A stretch of 64,000 nucleotides of DNA, from positions 496,001-560,000 of the forward strand of contig JBHGNT010000007.1 in assembly GCA_043228905.1 (NCBI GenBank), read 5' to 3'. The position numbers were made by a program, and so were the translations under genes. The notes below the pieces were generated by a model. It was not told the origin of the DNA. It was given only the letters and a program-made list of their open reading frames with translations, and searched no databases. The stretch is from Azolla caroliniana (taxonomy: Eukaryota; Plantae; Polypodiophyta). Shown here piece by piece: positions 11,555 to 24,087 of this stretch. Position 1 is the stretch's first letter. The number at the start of each line of letters is the position of its first letter.

Positions 11555-14500
11555 ACTAAACAAATCAACCTGGTACACATACACACACATACTAAATAAA
11601 TCAACCTGGAAGAGTATGAAGTGAATGAATTTGATGATGAGTTGTGGACGTTTGAACCAAAACAACTCATCGCTTAGCATCACATTTGGCAAGCCTATGG
11701 TCACTGAAGCCTTATTAGTTAATTCAGCGGCCATCTTTGTGATGATGCGTTCTAGTTTTGTACCAATTATAAGAACTAGCTGCTCACACAAGAATGCCAT
11801 AGTAAAACTCGTGATCAACCATGTAATAATATTGCGTATAATTAACCTTTCTTCGCTTAATGTTTTAAGTTGGAAAATGTGAGAAATATCACGACTTACA
11901 ACCACTGGTAGAATAGAAGTCCATAGGTATGTTTCCCAGCCTGTAGTTTGTATATAGGTAAGTTAGTTCATTCCCAACCTCAATGTAGCACTCACAAAAC
12001 CACATAGTCTTCGATCATTGCACATTCTTCCACGATTTTCATGAATTCTACTTCTTCAATCACTCTTTGAGACAAACAATCTATGGTTGTCTTCAGTTGT
12101 GCAATATTTCTCTTGACAATTTCCAAATTTTCTTTGAGTGTTTTTAAAATTATCTTTCTACATTATTATTTTTTCACGGTTTTTAAACCATCTTGAAATT
12201 TACCACCAGTAATGTAAAGGGTTACTGAAAATGGAAATTCTCAATCATAATTGTACGTATTGCCCTTGTGACAAGCAATCTCTAGTTGCAAATGACACAC
12301 AATAGCAAGTCTACTCTTTTCTAAGCTAATTAACTCTAGGTCTTTTCCTAGACCTTGGCGCTTTTTATCTTGTGTACCCATTTCTATTCACACAACCCCA
12401 CCTATATAAGATAGATTTATTTTCCCCATTTCCATTAACACCCTATTTCTGGAGCTTTGGAACCTATTCCTAACCAATGCTCATAAAAATGATTGGAACT
12501 CTAATCATTATCCTCATTGTAGAAGCCTAATTTTCAATTGAAGTTATGCAAAATGGTTCATTTTAATGGAGAAATTAATGCTTTAGAATTTGATCACTAT
12601 GCTTACATGTAAATAGTGAGAACCATGTTTTATCTTCTATGTTTTTGAATACAAGTTTTACCAAATGAATGGAAGATCCTAATTAAATATACATCAACAA
12701 CATTGAAAAATGTAGAAGTAACTCACCATCAATATTCACCAACATCAAGAAAATACTATAGCCCCATAGAAGAGGACTGTCCAATGTAAACCCAAGAGAA
12801 AAACCACAATTATGCGTGTAAGATGTGTTATATCCCCCAGTGGAAGAAAGGGATGATAGTTCACAAGAAAAAACTATAGAACCTTGGCTAACAAGTTGAT
12901 CGATCAAATGTGTGTGTATGCAAAAATTACCCCACTCCTACCACATGTTTGAAATCAACTTCCAATGTCCTCATCATATATTTGTGGAAGTTGAAGGCAG
13001 TTTGAGGTGTCTTCATATGACACTGTATTATGTAGGCATGTTAGATATAATACCAAGTTATTTGGGATGTGAAAAATATATGGCATCGAGGCTAGAACTT
13101 GTAACGTAGCTTATAAATGGGTGACATTACTACAATCTACATTGAAAGATTGATTTACCTTGATAAATCCACGTCTTAATGTCTGGTAATCTGATTCAGA
13201 GATGGCATTGAAAAACATTCTAAAGAATGCATGCTAGAAAAACAAGGAAAAGCTCATAATGGAATAAATACTACAATGGTCAATTAAGTGTAGAGTCTAG
13301 AGATATATCAATGAAAGCAAAGTTGAATAATGGATTTATAATACCACATAGGCCAAGATGGTGTTTGTCGTCCACAAACGATCTTGTACAAAAGTTGTTT
13401 CCTTCGAAAGACGGATATCTTCAAGTCAAGAAAAAATAGCAAATCAAATTACATACTTTACATGGATCAAGGCTTAGCATTCTTAAGGAAGATAAGAACA
13501 TTGGTTTACTTTGAAAAGTTGAGGGACACTATTTAGTTATAGATAAGCCAAAGTTTTAGGATTTCATTGTATAGAGAAACCTTTTAAAAGAATTCAAAAT
13601 CTATTGTGCAACACTAGAAAGCACCCATTACCCCAAAATCTCATAATGTCCCACATTGTATTACACTGTTTTATCATATCACAAATGTATGTGTTTACAT
13701 AGGAGTGATGGTGAATGTGATATAGCTACAAAAAGTTGGTTCTTGATATTTTCCTGTCAAATGGGTGTAATGGTATAATGGAGCCTATTTAATCAAATCC
13801 AAGAATGAGCATACAATTCATAATTTCTATTGATTTGAAGCTTATATTTATTACCAATGTTGAAGACAATATTGAGAGAACATTAGCCATCAAACTTTTG
13901 ATGAGCAAAGGTCTGGAATTATGGTTCTTCTTTATTGTTTTAGGAGAATAATAGTTACAATAATCATTGATGCATATAATTATAATTTTTGGGAGCCTTC
14001 AAAGTGTACAGAATTTTCATTACATGTATTTCACATGAACATATTTATTTCTTTTTGTTGTTTGGGGCTTTTCCCCTATTTGAAAAACATACCATATCTT
14101 GCTTTGTAATTATACATATATTGAGAAAATTGTATGGTGAATCGTGAATTATATCTTGTTCATGACCATCTCAATAAGAAATTAGGGTTTTAACGCAGTT
14201 TTTGGAATGTTTGTTAGAATAGAAAAGAGATAAGAAACAACATGTTTGGCAATAGTGAATGAAATGTTTGGGTTTTCAATGGATTCCATTAAGTATACAC
14301 ATACTAGGATTTCGTGAAGCCATTTCTTCTTTCTCTATTGACCTTTCCTCCCATGCCCTCCACATCTTCACCTTTGAAACACACGGAATAATTGAATGCC
14401 AAACAATAGATCATGGATCAATGAAAGATTCACAAGAAAAAAACAAAAAAGTCTCATATATTTCAGATCCATGATGTGAATGTTTATACCTTCCATCTGG

Positions 14501-15477
14501 CAATGGCCATCGTGGCAATGCAAATAAACACGTGGACGAGAGCCAAGATGAACAAGAAGATGTGAAGCTGGTGCAATGCAGTGATGGAAATAAATGGCGA
14601 TTTACCCTGATTATAAAGAAATTTATAATTATAAGGAATCTATTGAAAACATCATGGAAATGATCACTCAAAAATAGTGACATGGCAATGTTAGCTGGTA
14701 CTAAGAAGTTTCGATCGACACTTCCTTGCGATGAAAGAAGAGGAACGCACTTGATTGTGATGCCTCACTAAGTGTTGATAGATCCTTACACTAAGAAGGA
14801 TTCATCTAATAAGCAATAGTATAACATAATTGAAAACATTTGGAATCTCTATATAACTTACATCTTTACATGTTTCATAATCAATCTTCTTTATTTCCTC
14901 ACTTATGGTGGCATTGTGGCATTGGTGCATTATCTTGACCCATGGAGAGGGGACACAAATGTTAGAGAAGGATCCTTGGCCCACAGTTAGTGCTAGTGAG
15001 ATGAAACCCACTAGCATAAGCTCTGCCATTTTAAAACATTAAAATTTTACACGATTAGTTAAGCTCGAATCGAAAGCATGACATGGGTATTACGATGATC
15101 AGATCGGAAACCATACACATCGATGCTAATTACTCTTAATAGAGGCCAAATGAATACAATCGAATTACTTAATTAGCAACCAGCCACCATTACCTTCTTT
15201 TATCTTGTCTAGTGCTTCTTCAAGGTCCTTCTTCTTGTGTTTCTTCAAAGCCTATCACAATATATAATTCATTAGGGTTACAAATTAATACACCAAATCG
15301 AAATGCAATAACCAACCCATTGTTTCAATGGCTTACTCGTCCTATGGCAAAGATGGCTCTTTCGACGAGAAGGGAACCGAGGATGAAGACAAAGCACGCG
15401 AGAGCGATGCCCCAAGTTGGGCTGTAGAGTAATCGCACATTGTCCACCGAGGAATTTGCGCCTCCCCCACCTGCCAT
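9720..15477 (-). CDS. MLO: MLO family seven-transmembrane protein, 15 exons
   Basis: Spliced motifs read in frame with GT-AG introns: LLYSPTWGIA, EALDKIKEELMLVGFISLALTV, ALHQLHIFLFILALVHV, RLSKETTFV, SDYQTLRRGFI, FNFHKYMMRTLEVDFKHVVGV, IIGTKLERII, SDELFWFKRP, FIHFILFQNA, YVTLPIYALVTQMGNNFKSAIFEE. ATG 15477, TAG 9720-9722. Confidence 0.95.
11435..11552. repeat. (CACATA)n-(CA)n compound microsatellite in an MLO intron
   Basis: Directly visible. Confidence 0.97.
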
Positions 15478-15787
15478 TACTCTCTTATATTTTAGACAAA
15501 CTATTACAACAGATAATATGCCTACTCCTTGGACTTCTAAGGGAAAAACATTTACTCCTGCACTAAAAGGTTCACTCTTGATGATTTTCTCACTCAACTC
15601 TTATACATGTTGACACAAACTATTTTAGACAAACTATTACTCTTGCCATTACTCTTATATTTTAGACAAACTATTACAAAGATAATATGTCTACTCCTTG
15701 GACTTCTAAGGGAAAAACATTTACTCCTGCACTAAAAGGTTCACTCTTGATGATTTTCTCACTCAACTCTTATACATGTTGACACAA
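15473..15787. repeat. Direct duplication (~145 bp) of the MLO start codon and upstream leader
   Basis: 15473-15618 is repeated at 15645-15787 with few differences. Confidence 0.92.
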
Positions 15788-17374
15788 GAATCCATGTTGA
15801 CACAATTACCGTAGGAATAAATGATGTACACTCTTTCGTTTACTTATTTTGTTTTTTTCCTCATTATATTGCAACTTGCAATGCACTTTTATTGTCTTTT
15901 TGGGCCTCGTTCTTGACTATCAATAATTCATTGGGCCTAAGAACATTACTTGTAAGAGAACCAACCAATAAGGGTCACGTCTCATACTAGTCATGGAAAG
16001 GAAATGATCAAAAATAGGGAGCTAATGTGAGACAATCCATATTATCTCTTACACATAAAACAATATATTTATTGTTCCGAAATATGATTGAGACAGAACA
16101 AAAAAGACAAATCAAGATTTTTTTTTCAAAGTTGAGAAAACTACAATTGCTCATATTATACCGTGTAAAGCTAACTATACTTTCCAAAGCATTGGAGCAT
16201 GACGTTGAACATGTGGAATCATGTAATGTGTTCTATGCAAAGCTTGCTTTATACATATTTGTCATATTACATGAATAAACTTAGGAGTACAAACTTAAAT
16301 AAATTCCAACATGTGTTTAATTGCAAGAAGCCTAATCCTAACATAACCTCACATGTTTTTAATACACGCACACAAAGATTCCAAAATTGGACATGCTTTT
16401 ACTATGTATATTGGTTGTGGTTGATGCCTTGATAGAAATTCGAGTTTGACCACGGCAGGTTTTTTAGTGTATGGTGCAATTGAAGTATGAAAGATATTGG
16501 TGTGCTTTGATTATATTTAGTGTAGAGTACCACAAATGGTACATAAGCTAAGAGCAAAATTAGATTCGCCAATTCTCACAACATTCATGAAATAGACTTC
16601 GGAATGTTTGTGGGAACAACATGAGGTGGGGATCCATGGTGACGCGGGTTTAGGTCTTTCTTGAGTGAGGGGGTGTTGTTAGGAGGACATAATAGAAGTG
16701 TTGAACCTCTCATGCTCAAGAGAGGTTTCAGTTTGTCGGGATTAGCCTTAGATATGGTTAGGTTATATCACGAACAAACGATTCTCGGTGCCATATGTGG
16801 ATTGCTTGTGGGCTTCCTAGGTTCATAAACAAATAACTGTACGAAGTGTTTCCTGTTTGGGTTTCTTTCGGAAGATCGACAAAAGGACTCGATCGGAGAA
16901 CTTAAAAAAAGAGTGCATTGAACGGGGCTCGGCCGTGTGAACGGACGTAAAAAAAAAAAAGGATGGCATTTAGCCCATTGTAAAAAAAGCTTGGATGCCT
17001 TCCAATAAACCCAAATTTATATGTAATGAAGCTAGAATAGGAAAGTTACTAAATGTGGCAACAAAGGAAACAAAGTTACCACATTAGGAAACAAAATTTG
17101 AGATAAAAAAAGACACCTAGGGAGTGCATTAAGAATAGTAATTAAGAGTCTGATTAGTCTTAATTAATTTAGTCATCATCATCGTCAGACAGAAACATTT
17201 ACTGCAATTCCACAGTAAAGAGAGAGAGAGACGAGAGTAATTAGGGTTTTTACTTCTTCTAGAAAACCTAATAGATCAGTAGTAGCATTAGCACCAGAGT
17301 AATTAGGGTTTTTTTTTTTTGTTTACTTCTGGAAAACCTAAAAGATCTGTCAGTAGTAGCATCACATCAGCACC

Positions 17375-17635
17375 ATGTCTGGAGCTCAAGGTGCTCTGCC
17401 CAAAGGGAGCCACATGGCTACCACTTACGAGATGGCCAAAGATCCCAAAGATCCCCAGCATTACCCCCACGCCCGAGAAGATCCCCGCCATAGCACCGGA
17501 GATTCCCCCTCTGTCCCGGTCGTCTTCGAAGAGCCCTCCCCGACTACCGAACCCTCGCCCACTGCAGATCAGACTCAGCTTCAAGCCCAGCAATCTGCAG
17601 AGACCAAAGATCTGGGCGTCACTGGCACTGCCTAG
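17375..17635 (+). CDS. Small (86 aa) uncharacterised conserved plant protein (MSGAQGA...DLGVTGT family)
   Basis: Good start context (CACCATG) and higher GC than the flanks. The terminal motifs MSGAQGAxPxxSxxATTYE and DLGVTGT match a family of short plant hypothetical proteins I recognise from memory. Confidence 0.8.
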   Translation: MSGAQGALPKGSHMATTYEMAKDPKDPQHYPHAREDPRHSTGDSPSVPVVFEEPSPTTEPSPTADQTQLQAQQSAETKDLGVTGTA

Positions 17636-18055
17636 ATCAATGAATTTCTTGATACATCCCCCTTTATATATGTACATATACCGGAATCTGAATCTTGGGA
17701 TCAGGATATTCTGGATGGAGCTTGGGACTGTTCTTTTTTTTATGGTACTGATAGTAGTTTGGGGGAAAATCTTCTACATGTAGCGGCACATGGATCCTCT
17801 CCCTCGATTCTGTTTTATATGATTATAGATAGAAAAAATAATATGCCCGAGATATTTAGTTGTATGGTAATTGTATGTATATTTTCAGCAGTATTGTAAG
17901 CGTTTTAGGTTTTTTTTTGGATTGATTTTATTTTTGTTTCTGAATTGAGTGTGTTGGGAGCTGGATGTATTTATTTTTGTTCTGAATAGAGTGCACTGGT
18001 TGGGTTTGTCATGTAACGAATGTAAAATCCTTGTTTAATATATATGATCCGATTC

Positions 18056-18212
18056 AGTTTTGTCATCAAGGAGTGTTTTAATTCCAATTATTTATAAGTT
18101 TTGTCATCAAGGAGTGTTAATTCCAATTATTTATCAGTTTTTTCATCAAGGAGTGTTAATTCCAATTATTTATCAGTTTGTCATCAAGGAGTGTTAATTC
18201 CAATTATTTATC
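18056..18212. repeat. Tandem repeat, 4 x ~39 bp
   Basis: Unit AGTTTTGTCATCAAGGAGTGTTAATTCCAATTATTTATC. Confidence 0.93.
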
Positions 18213-18271
18213 TTATTATATAATAGAGCCCTGTCATTCTTTGATCCTGTGGTTTCCGTAATAAAAATGGC

Positions 18272-18553
18272 CTCTTAATTTCAATCGATTATATAATATA
18301 ATGCAATTACATAATCGAGCTATTGGAACTCAGGTGGCGTGTAACTCTCAATTTCAATCCGATTATACATCAATTATATAATCGAGATGGGAATCAATTC
18401 CGTCCCGAGTAATCGAGCTAGGTCTTAATTTCAATCGATTATATAATATAATTCAATTACATAATCGAGATATCAAGACTGTGGTGGTGTGAGTCTTAAT
18501 TTCCATCGATTATACTTCAATTATATAATTGGGAAGGGATTTCCATCCCGAGT
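18272..18553. repeat. Tandem duplication (~150 bp) built from TCAATCGATTATA...ATAATCGAG subunits
   Basis: TCTTAATTTCAATCGATTATATAATATAAT occurs at 18273 and 18423. Both copies end in TCC(G/A)TCCCGAGTAA. Confidence 0.8.
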
Positions 18554-19372
18554 AAACACCGATGGGTAGTTGACTCTAAATTCTTATTTAATTTTGGGAG
18601 CACATGATTGTGCAAAGAAACACCATCCGTACCATAATGGTTTTAATATTATTTGTAACTTAATTAAGTTTTAAAAGCAATAATGAGATTAACAAGATGG
18701 TGGGTTCGAGTAATACATATTATTATTAACTCCCCCTAATAATATGTATTTCGAAGTTAATTTTTAACTGCAATAATGAGATCCAACAATATTTCGAAAT
18801 TAATTTTTTTGTAACCGACAATAATGAGATTAACGAGATATTGGATTCTCCATAGGATGATTTCAACTCCCTGAAATCATGGAAATGATTTTTTTTGTAA
18901 CTCCCCAAAGTGATTCAATCAAAATTTAACTCCATGAATCATGTGGAATGATTTTTTTTATAAAAACTCCCCCAAGTGATTGAATCAAACTTCCGAGAAA
19001 TATATAGTGACTACCCACAAAAGGTAAAATTTTGGAGATTACCTTGTGTTTTCAAAAAACTTTGCTTTAGTGCTTGGTAACATAGGGTAGTAGTTTAATG
19101 AATAATGTTGTGATAAGCCGAGTCTGTTAAATTAGAAGTGAGGCAGTTGTGGGATACACATAATCAATCCTAGGGCTTTGTCTTCTTTTTTGGAAACCCT
19201 TGATATTTTATATGTGGCCCACAGACGTCGGACATCATCATCCGTCTCAGAAGCCATGGAATCATTATTTCATTATGTATTTGAGCTCATTGGATCTTTT
19301 TGTCTTGTAAGAAGCTCTCGTTTTGTATATAAGTTTGCATTCATGTAAAACTAAACTTAGGGTTAGGCTAAT

Positions 19373-20315
19373 TGTTGAGAATCAAGCTCAACCTAGTTGA
19401 GTGTGTGAACTAGGGATCAGCAACGGTTCGGTTTGGCTTGGATCAAGCCAAACCGGCTAAGCCTAAACCGTTTACGGGATTTCAAACCTAAGCTGAACTG
19501 AACTGAACCAGTTCACAAACCAGTTTAGGCTAAACCGGCTTGGTAAACGGCTTGGAAACCTCTCTCTCCCTACCTCCCTCTCTCTCTAAGATGATCCACT
19601 ATATATTATATACTATATAGTATACATTGTACAAACTCTCCCTCCCACTCTCTCTCTCACGTCTGTGGTCTCGACTCTCTCCCTCTCTCTCTCCCCCACC
19701 CCCCCTCTGTGTAGTCTCCCTCTCTCTCCTTGTCTGTGTAGTTCTCCCTCCCTCACTCTCTCTCTTTCCCCTTGTCTGTTGTCTTCCTCCCTCCCTCTCT
19801 CCCTCCCTCTCTCTAAAGTTTATCAACAGCTTAAACGGTTTGGCGAGGCACAAGCCGAGCTGAGCCGCTAAGCCGCTTTAAGCCGGCTAAGCCAAACGGT
19901 TTAGGCTTGAGCCAAGCTGTTGCCGATCCCTAGTATGAACACATCCTTTGAGAATCTATGAACACTCAAAGGTCAAAAGTCACACCATGACTCTCTACAC
20001 ATTAACCATGTGTTATAGAATCGTTCTATGATACATAACTAATGAGTTCCATATTTTCCATGACTAATGAGTCTTCACATTCCTCAAGGTTTTAGAGAGA
20101 AAGTGATTGTTGTAGTAAGTTAATGAAGAGTGAGGGTTGTTGCTCCTTGAAATGCTACATTTTTTTATTAATTATTTTCCTTATTGATATACATCTTCTT
20201 CTTTTGAGTATTTCATTTCCTTTTATCTATCTTGTGTTTTTCTCCTCTCCTCTCCTTTCCACACACACGCACATACATCTCTTTCACCACATAGAATCAT
20301 ATCCAATTCTTTACA
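19373..20315 (+). mobile_element. Solo LTR (TG...CA) with 5-bp TSD, interrupted by a MITE
   Basis: Starts TGTTGAGA, ends TTTACA. TSD CTAAT at 19368-19372 and 20316-20320. Homologous to 4171-4543. Confidence 0.88.
19411..19932. mobile_element. hAT-type MITE, family B, nested in the solo LTR
   Basis: TIRs TAGGGATCAGCAAC / GTTGCCGATCCCTA. 8-bp TSD GTGTGAAC/GTATGAAC. Subterminal AACCG/CGGTT repeats and a CT-rich core. Confidence 0.9.
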
Positions 20316-23300
20316 CTAATAAATCTTTCTAGGTGAACTTTTTGTGTGATTGGGGCTTTCAATATTTCCAATGCCAAAAACTTTTGGTTTGGTTTGACTT
20401 TTTTATCTAGGTGAACTTTTTGATCTTTTTAAGAAAGTAGTACCAAAATGAAAGACATCCAATCCATAATATTGACCCAAATTGCTATTTGTTTGGCAAA
20501 TCCATAATATTGACCCAAATTGCTATTTGTTTGGCAAGAACTGCACCAATCTTCCTAACCAAAATTCTAGAATAGGAATGGGTCTATGATTATGTTGGCT
20601 ACTTCCAATTTTTTACATTTGGTTTAAGAAAAATGCGTCAATTAAGTGTTTAGCAAAGTAAATAATTGGTATAAGCTATTCTCTCGATAGAGATCCAAGT
20701 TAATGGGACTCTAAACCAAGCACCAAGTATGTTGAATCGACATTGTACAACCTTAGTATGAGATATTGATTGAAGCAAAAATTAACCAATGGGACTCTAA
20801 ACCAAGTTCCAAGTTTGTTGAATCAAACATTGTACAACCTTAGCGTGAGATATTTGGATTGACGCGAAATTTTCCTTCAATGTGTTGTTTTTAACTTTGG
20901 TACTATGGAAACCCTCCTCCATTGGCAAAAGTTCAATAGGAGTTTAAAGACTTAACTTAAGATTGGGAGATTTGAATAAAAAGTACTTGTGGTCGATGGA
21001 ACTTGGATAGTTTAATAAACAATAACACAAGGCGTGGAACAATGTGTCCATGGTATTGTAGAATCTTTGAAACCATGGTATTGTAAAAACTCTGATGAAA
21101 CTATGAGACCATTGTATTGCTTTTTAAGAACACCATCAAAGAAAGAAAGGGATTGTATGATAAGAGATCATAAATAATGGGTGATTTTTTGGGAAGCTCT
21201 TTTATGCTCTTGTCCCATTGATTGTGCTACCTTTGCATGGATGTAGGAAGTGGAGAAGTATAGGGTATGTAGAACTTAAGGAGGATTACCTTTCATGAGG
21301 ATTGAATACCTAGAGAAAAGGCACAATGTCAACCCAATATATTCATTCTTCTAATGAGATTAATTCATAAGGAGGATTACCTTTCATGAGCCTGATTGAA
21401 TACCTAGATAAAAGGCAAAATGTCAAACCAACATCATATTATTCTAATGAGATTTGGGCCTTGATTCAACTGATGTATGTACAATACATTGTGTTCCAGC
21501 ATTAGCAAAGGTTCTCAACAAGATTCAGAAACAATGTTGCCAAACAATGTTGTCTGGCATCAAGCAGTTATTGATAAAAAGAATGAAGAGATCATTGATA
21601 TAATATGGTAATAGAGATTGATTACAAAGTCCAGGCAATGGTCACAGTAAGGGGAGGGCATATGCTAATATGTGGTATGTAAAATACTGTATGTCCATTG
21701 TGACCATATATGTGTATAAGCATGCATGAAACGTATGCATTGTATCTATTGTATGGGCTGCATCTATTATTTGTATTGTATGGTATTGTATTTGTATTGG
21801 ATGAGAGTGGATTGGATCAATATATTGAGGCCTCTCCTGATTAATAGAAGGATTGAAGTTAACATGGGATGGTAGAGATGAACCATTTGATGACATGGAT
21901 GGGGGCTTTGATTAGGGCCAAGCCCACATTGGCAAGGCCAGCAACACATATGCAGCATGGGCATATGCAACTCACCAAGGTCCTGCATACACATACATAT
22001 ATATATCCATCATGCCATTAGCCCCAACCAGTTCTTTAATTCCATTCATCCACATATTCTTAATATTATTTCTGTCTTCTGAACAAAGCGTTAGAAACGG
22101 TATTCTTATCAATAAATGAAATTTAGCAAAGGTATTTAATTTATATATTTTTTGGATTGATCCCATCAATTTGTGGTTTGATCCATCCATCTTATATATT
22201 GCAATTATGTATTGAATCGGCCCATCATTCCATGAATGGATCGATCAATCCATACTACATAGCATTGATGGATGGATGGATGGATGGATGGATGGATGGA
22301 TTAATAATTTATATGGATTAATGACTTACAAGACGATCCATAGAATGCAGCCCACGAGAGAAAGGAGGATGGACAGGAGAGCGAATGGGAGACCCAGAAG
22401 GAAGCCAAGAGGGCGGCATTCACCCATCTCTCTGTTGTACCAGTTAGTTAAAAATAGAATCGAATAAAAAGGAAGGAAGGGATTCCCGGATTGATAAGAG
22501 AGAACAGAATAAAGGAGAAGGCGGGATTAGGTAGATCTGAAGAACTGAGAAGAAAGAAAAGGAATAGAGAGATTAGTAAAGGAAAACGGAAACAGAGAAC
22601 AACAATTTCATGTGTTTCTTTAGTCAAAATGAGAGAATTCAGCGAATCGAAAGAAAAAACCCGATCATAATAAGAAGTCTTCAAAAAACGCGCTTTGCTC
22701 TGAGACCGTTTCAAAGATTTAGGGGGGCCGTTTTCCTATTCTGAAGTTATTTTACAACTTACCTCTTTAAGAGAGACACAGAGATTGGTTTAGATACCGG
22801 CTTCTTCTCCATGGTCCAAACTTAGCATACACGTCCCCAAGCATCACAAATCGGAATGAATGATCGATCGAGTTTCGTGTTTGAAATGAATGATCGTGTC
22901 CATTGCCTCGCCCATTCATGGAATGAGCAATCGAGAGTCCACCCTTTTGATTTGCCTACGAATTGTACTGATAGTATCCGTGAATTGTCTTGATAGTATT
23001 GTGTCAAGAGTCAACTACAAACACCTATACATGGTTGCCGAGCTTTGATCTTTGCATTGCACGAGATTTCGAAGGAACAAAGAAGATCAATGGACGAAGA
23101 AGTAGGCAGACAAAGATCGAATAATAGCAAGCAATGTATTTAGGATCACATATATGCGATATCAGTCTCGCAAGCTCATGTCCTCTTCCACTTGATCCTT
23201 TTCTAATTCTGAGACGTTGCGCTATAGCATTATGTTGCTCAATGCACTTTTGTTTAATGTTGACAATCAAGGGAACCAAGATCTCAATGAAAGTTATCAC

Positions 23301-24087
23301 AACAATTCATCTAGATTTGTTGTGTGGAGAAGACCTTGTTCAACATACATGCCAAGGAACATCATAGCTGTAATGGATTTTCTTAGGAATTTGCCTTCAA
23401 AAAATTTATCCATACTGATAATCAAAGCCACATCATGAAAAATAATATATTTAGTGGACTTTCAAGGGCATGCAATTTACAAAGTTCTCAACATCGTCTC
23501 CAAATAAGAGTTCGACAAACCATCTTCCTACTTAATGGAAAACCACACAACATATCATATTCCTTTATCTATCACACACATTCAGCATTGTTTTAGGTTT
23601 GGTAAATTCCTTGCAAATGTAATGGATTATTGTAATCATTGATAAAAATTCAAAACTCGAGATGACAATGCTCTGTAATTTTAGAGCATACATACATAGA
23701 AATGAAAGAATTTGTCATAATAATAATGCTCAAGAATATGAATGCAATCATTATTTCAGGCTTGCTCGAAATCCCTTCAATCTGCATCTCAAGAATAAGA
23801 TGTTCCGATATCAGATCAAAAGGTATAATACAATAGAAAAGTTCTAAAATGAGATACTAGTGGTCTGTGGATGATGTCCTAAAGCATTTGAGAAAATCCA
23901 AATCAACCTCTCGGAATATAGCTCAAGAAGAAGCCTGCATGCAAGGACATTGTATGATGGTGGTACAAGACCAAGTTAGCTTTCATATGATACTTGAATA
24001 GAGTGCATATTTTCCAGCCCCCCATGGACATTGAAGAATCTATTCATTCATCCATCAAGAAGATCCATGGTAACAATGAAAGGAACC

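Noticed and set aside
13648-13658. GTCCCACATTG resembling the snRNA upstream sequence element
   Set aside because: No correctly spaced TATA box or recognisable snRNA downstream; it lies in an MLO intron.
16450-16900. PPT-like GAGTGAGGGGG followed by TGTTGTTAGG, a possible copia 3' end
   Set aside because: Too decayed; no partner LTR or clear pol motifs.
17303-17783. Overlapping 154-aa (+) and 124-aa (-) ORFs
   Set aside because: Shadow frames of the 86-aa gene, which has the recognisable motifs and a proper start context.
18056-18212. ~39-bp repeats superficially like a CRISPR array
   Set aside because: Units are head-to-tail with no unique spacers, there are no cas genes, and the context is eukaryotic.
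21640-22440. Possible miRNA precursor or ncRNA in the ATGG/CCAT-rich region (a similar region lies at 61950-62250)
   Set aside because: No match to conserved plant miRNAs that I know, and only short low-complexity complementarity.
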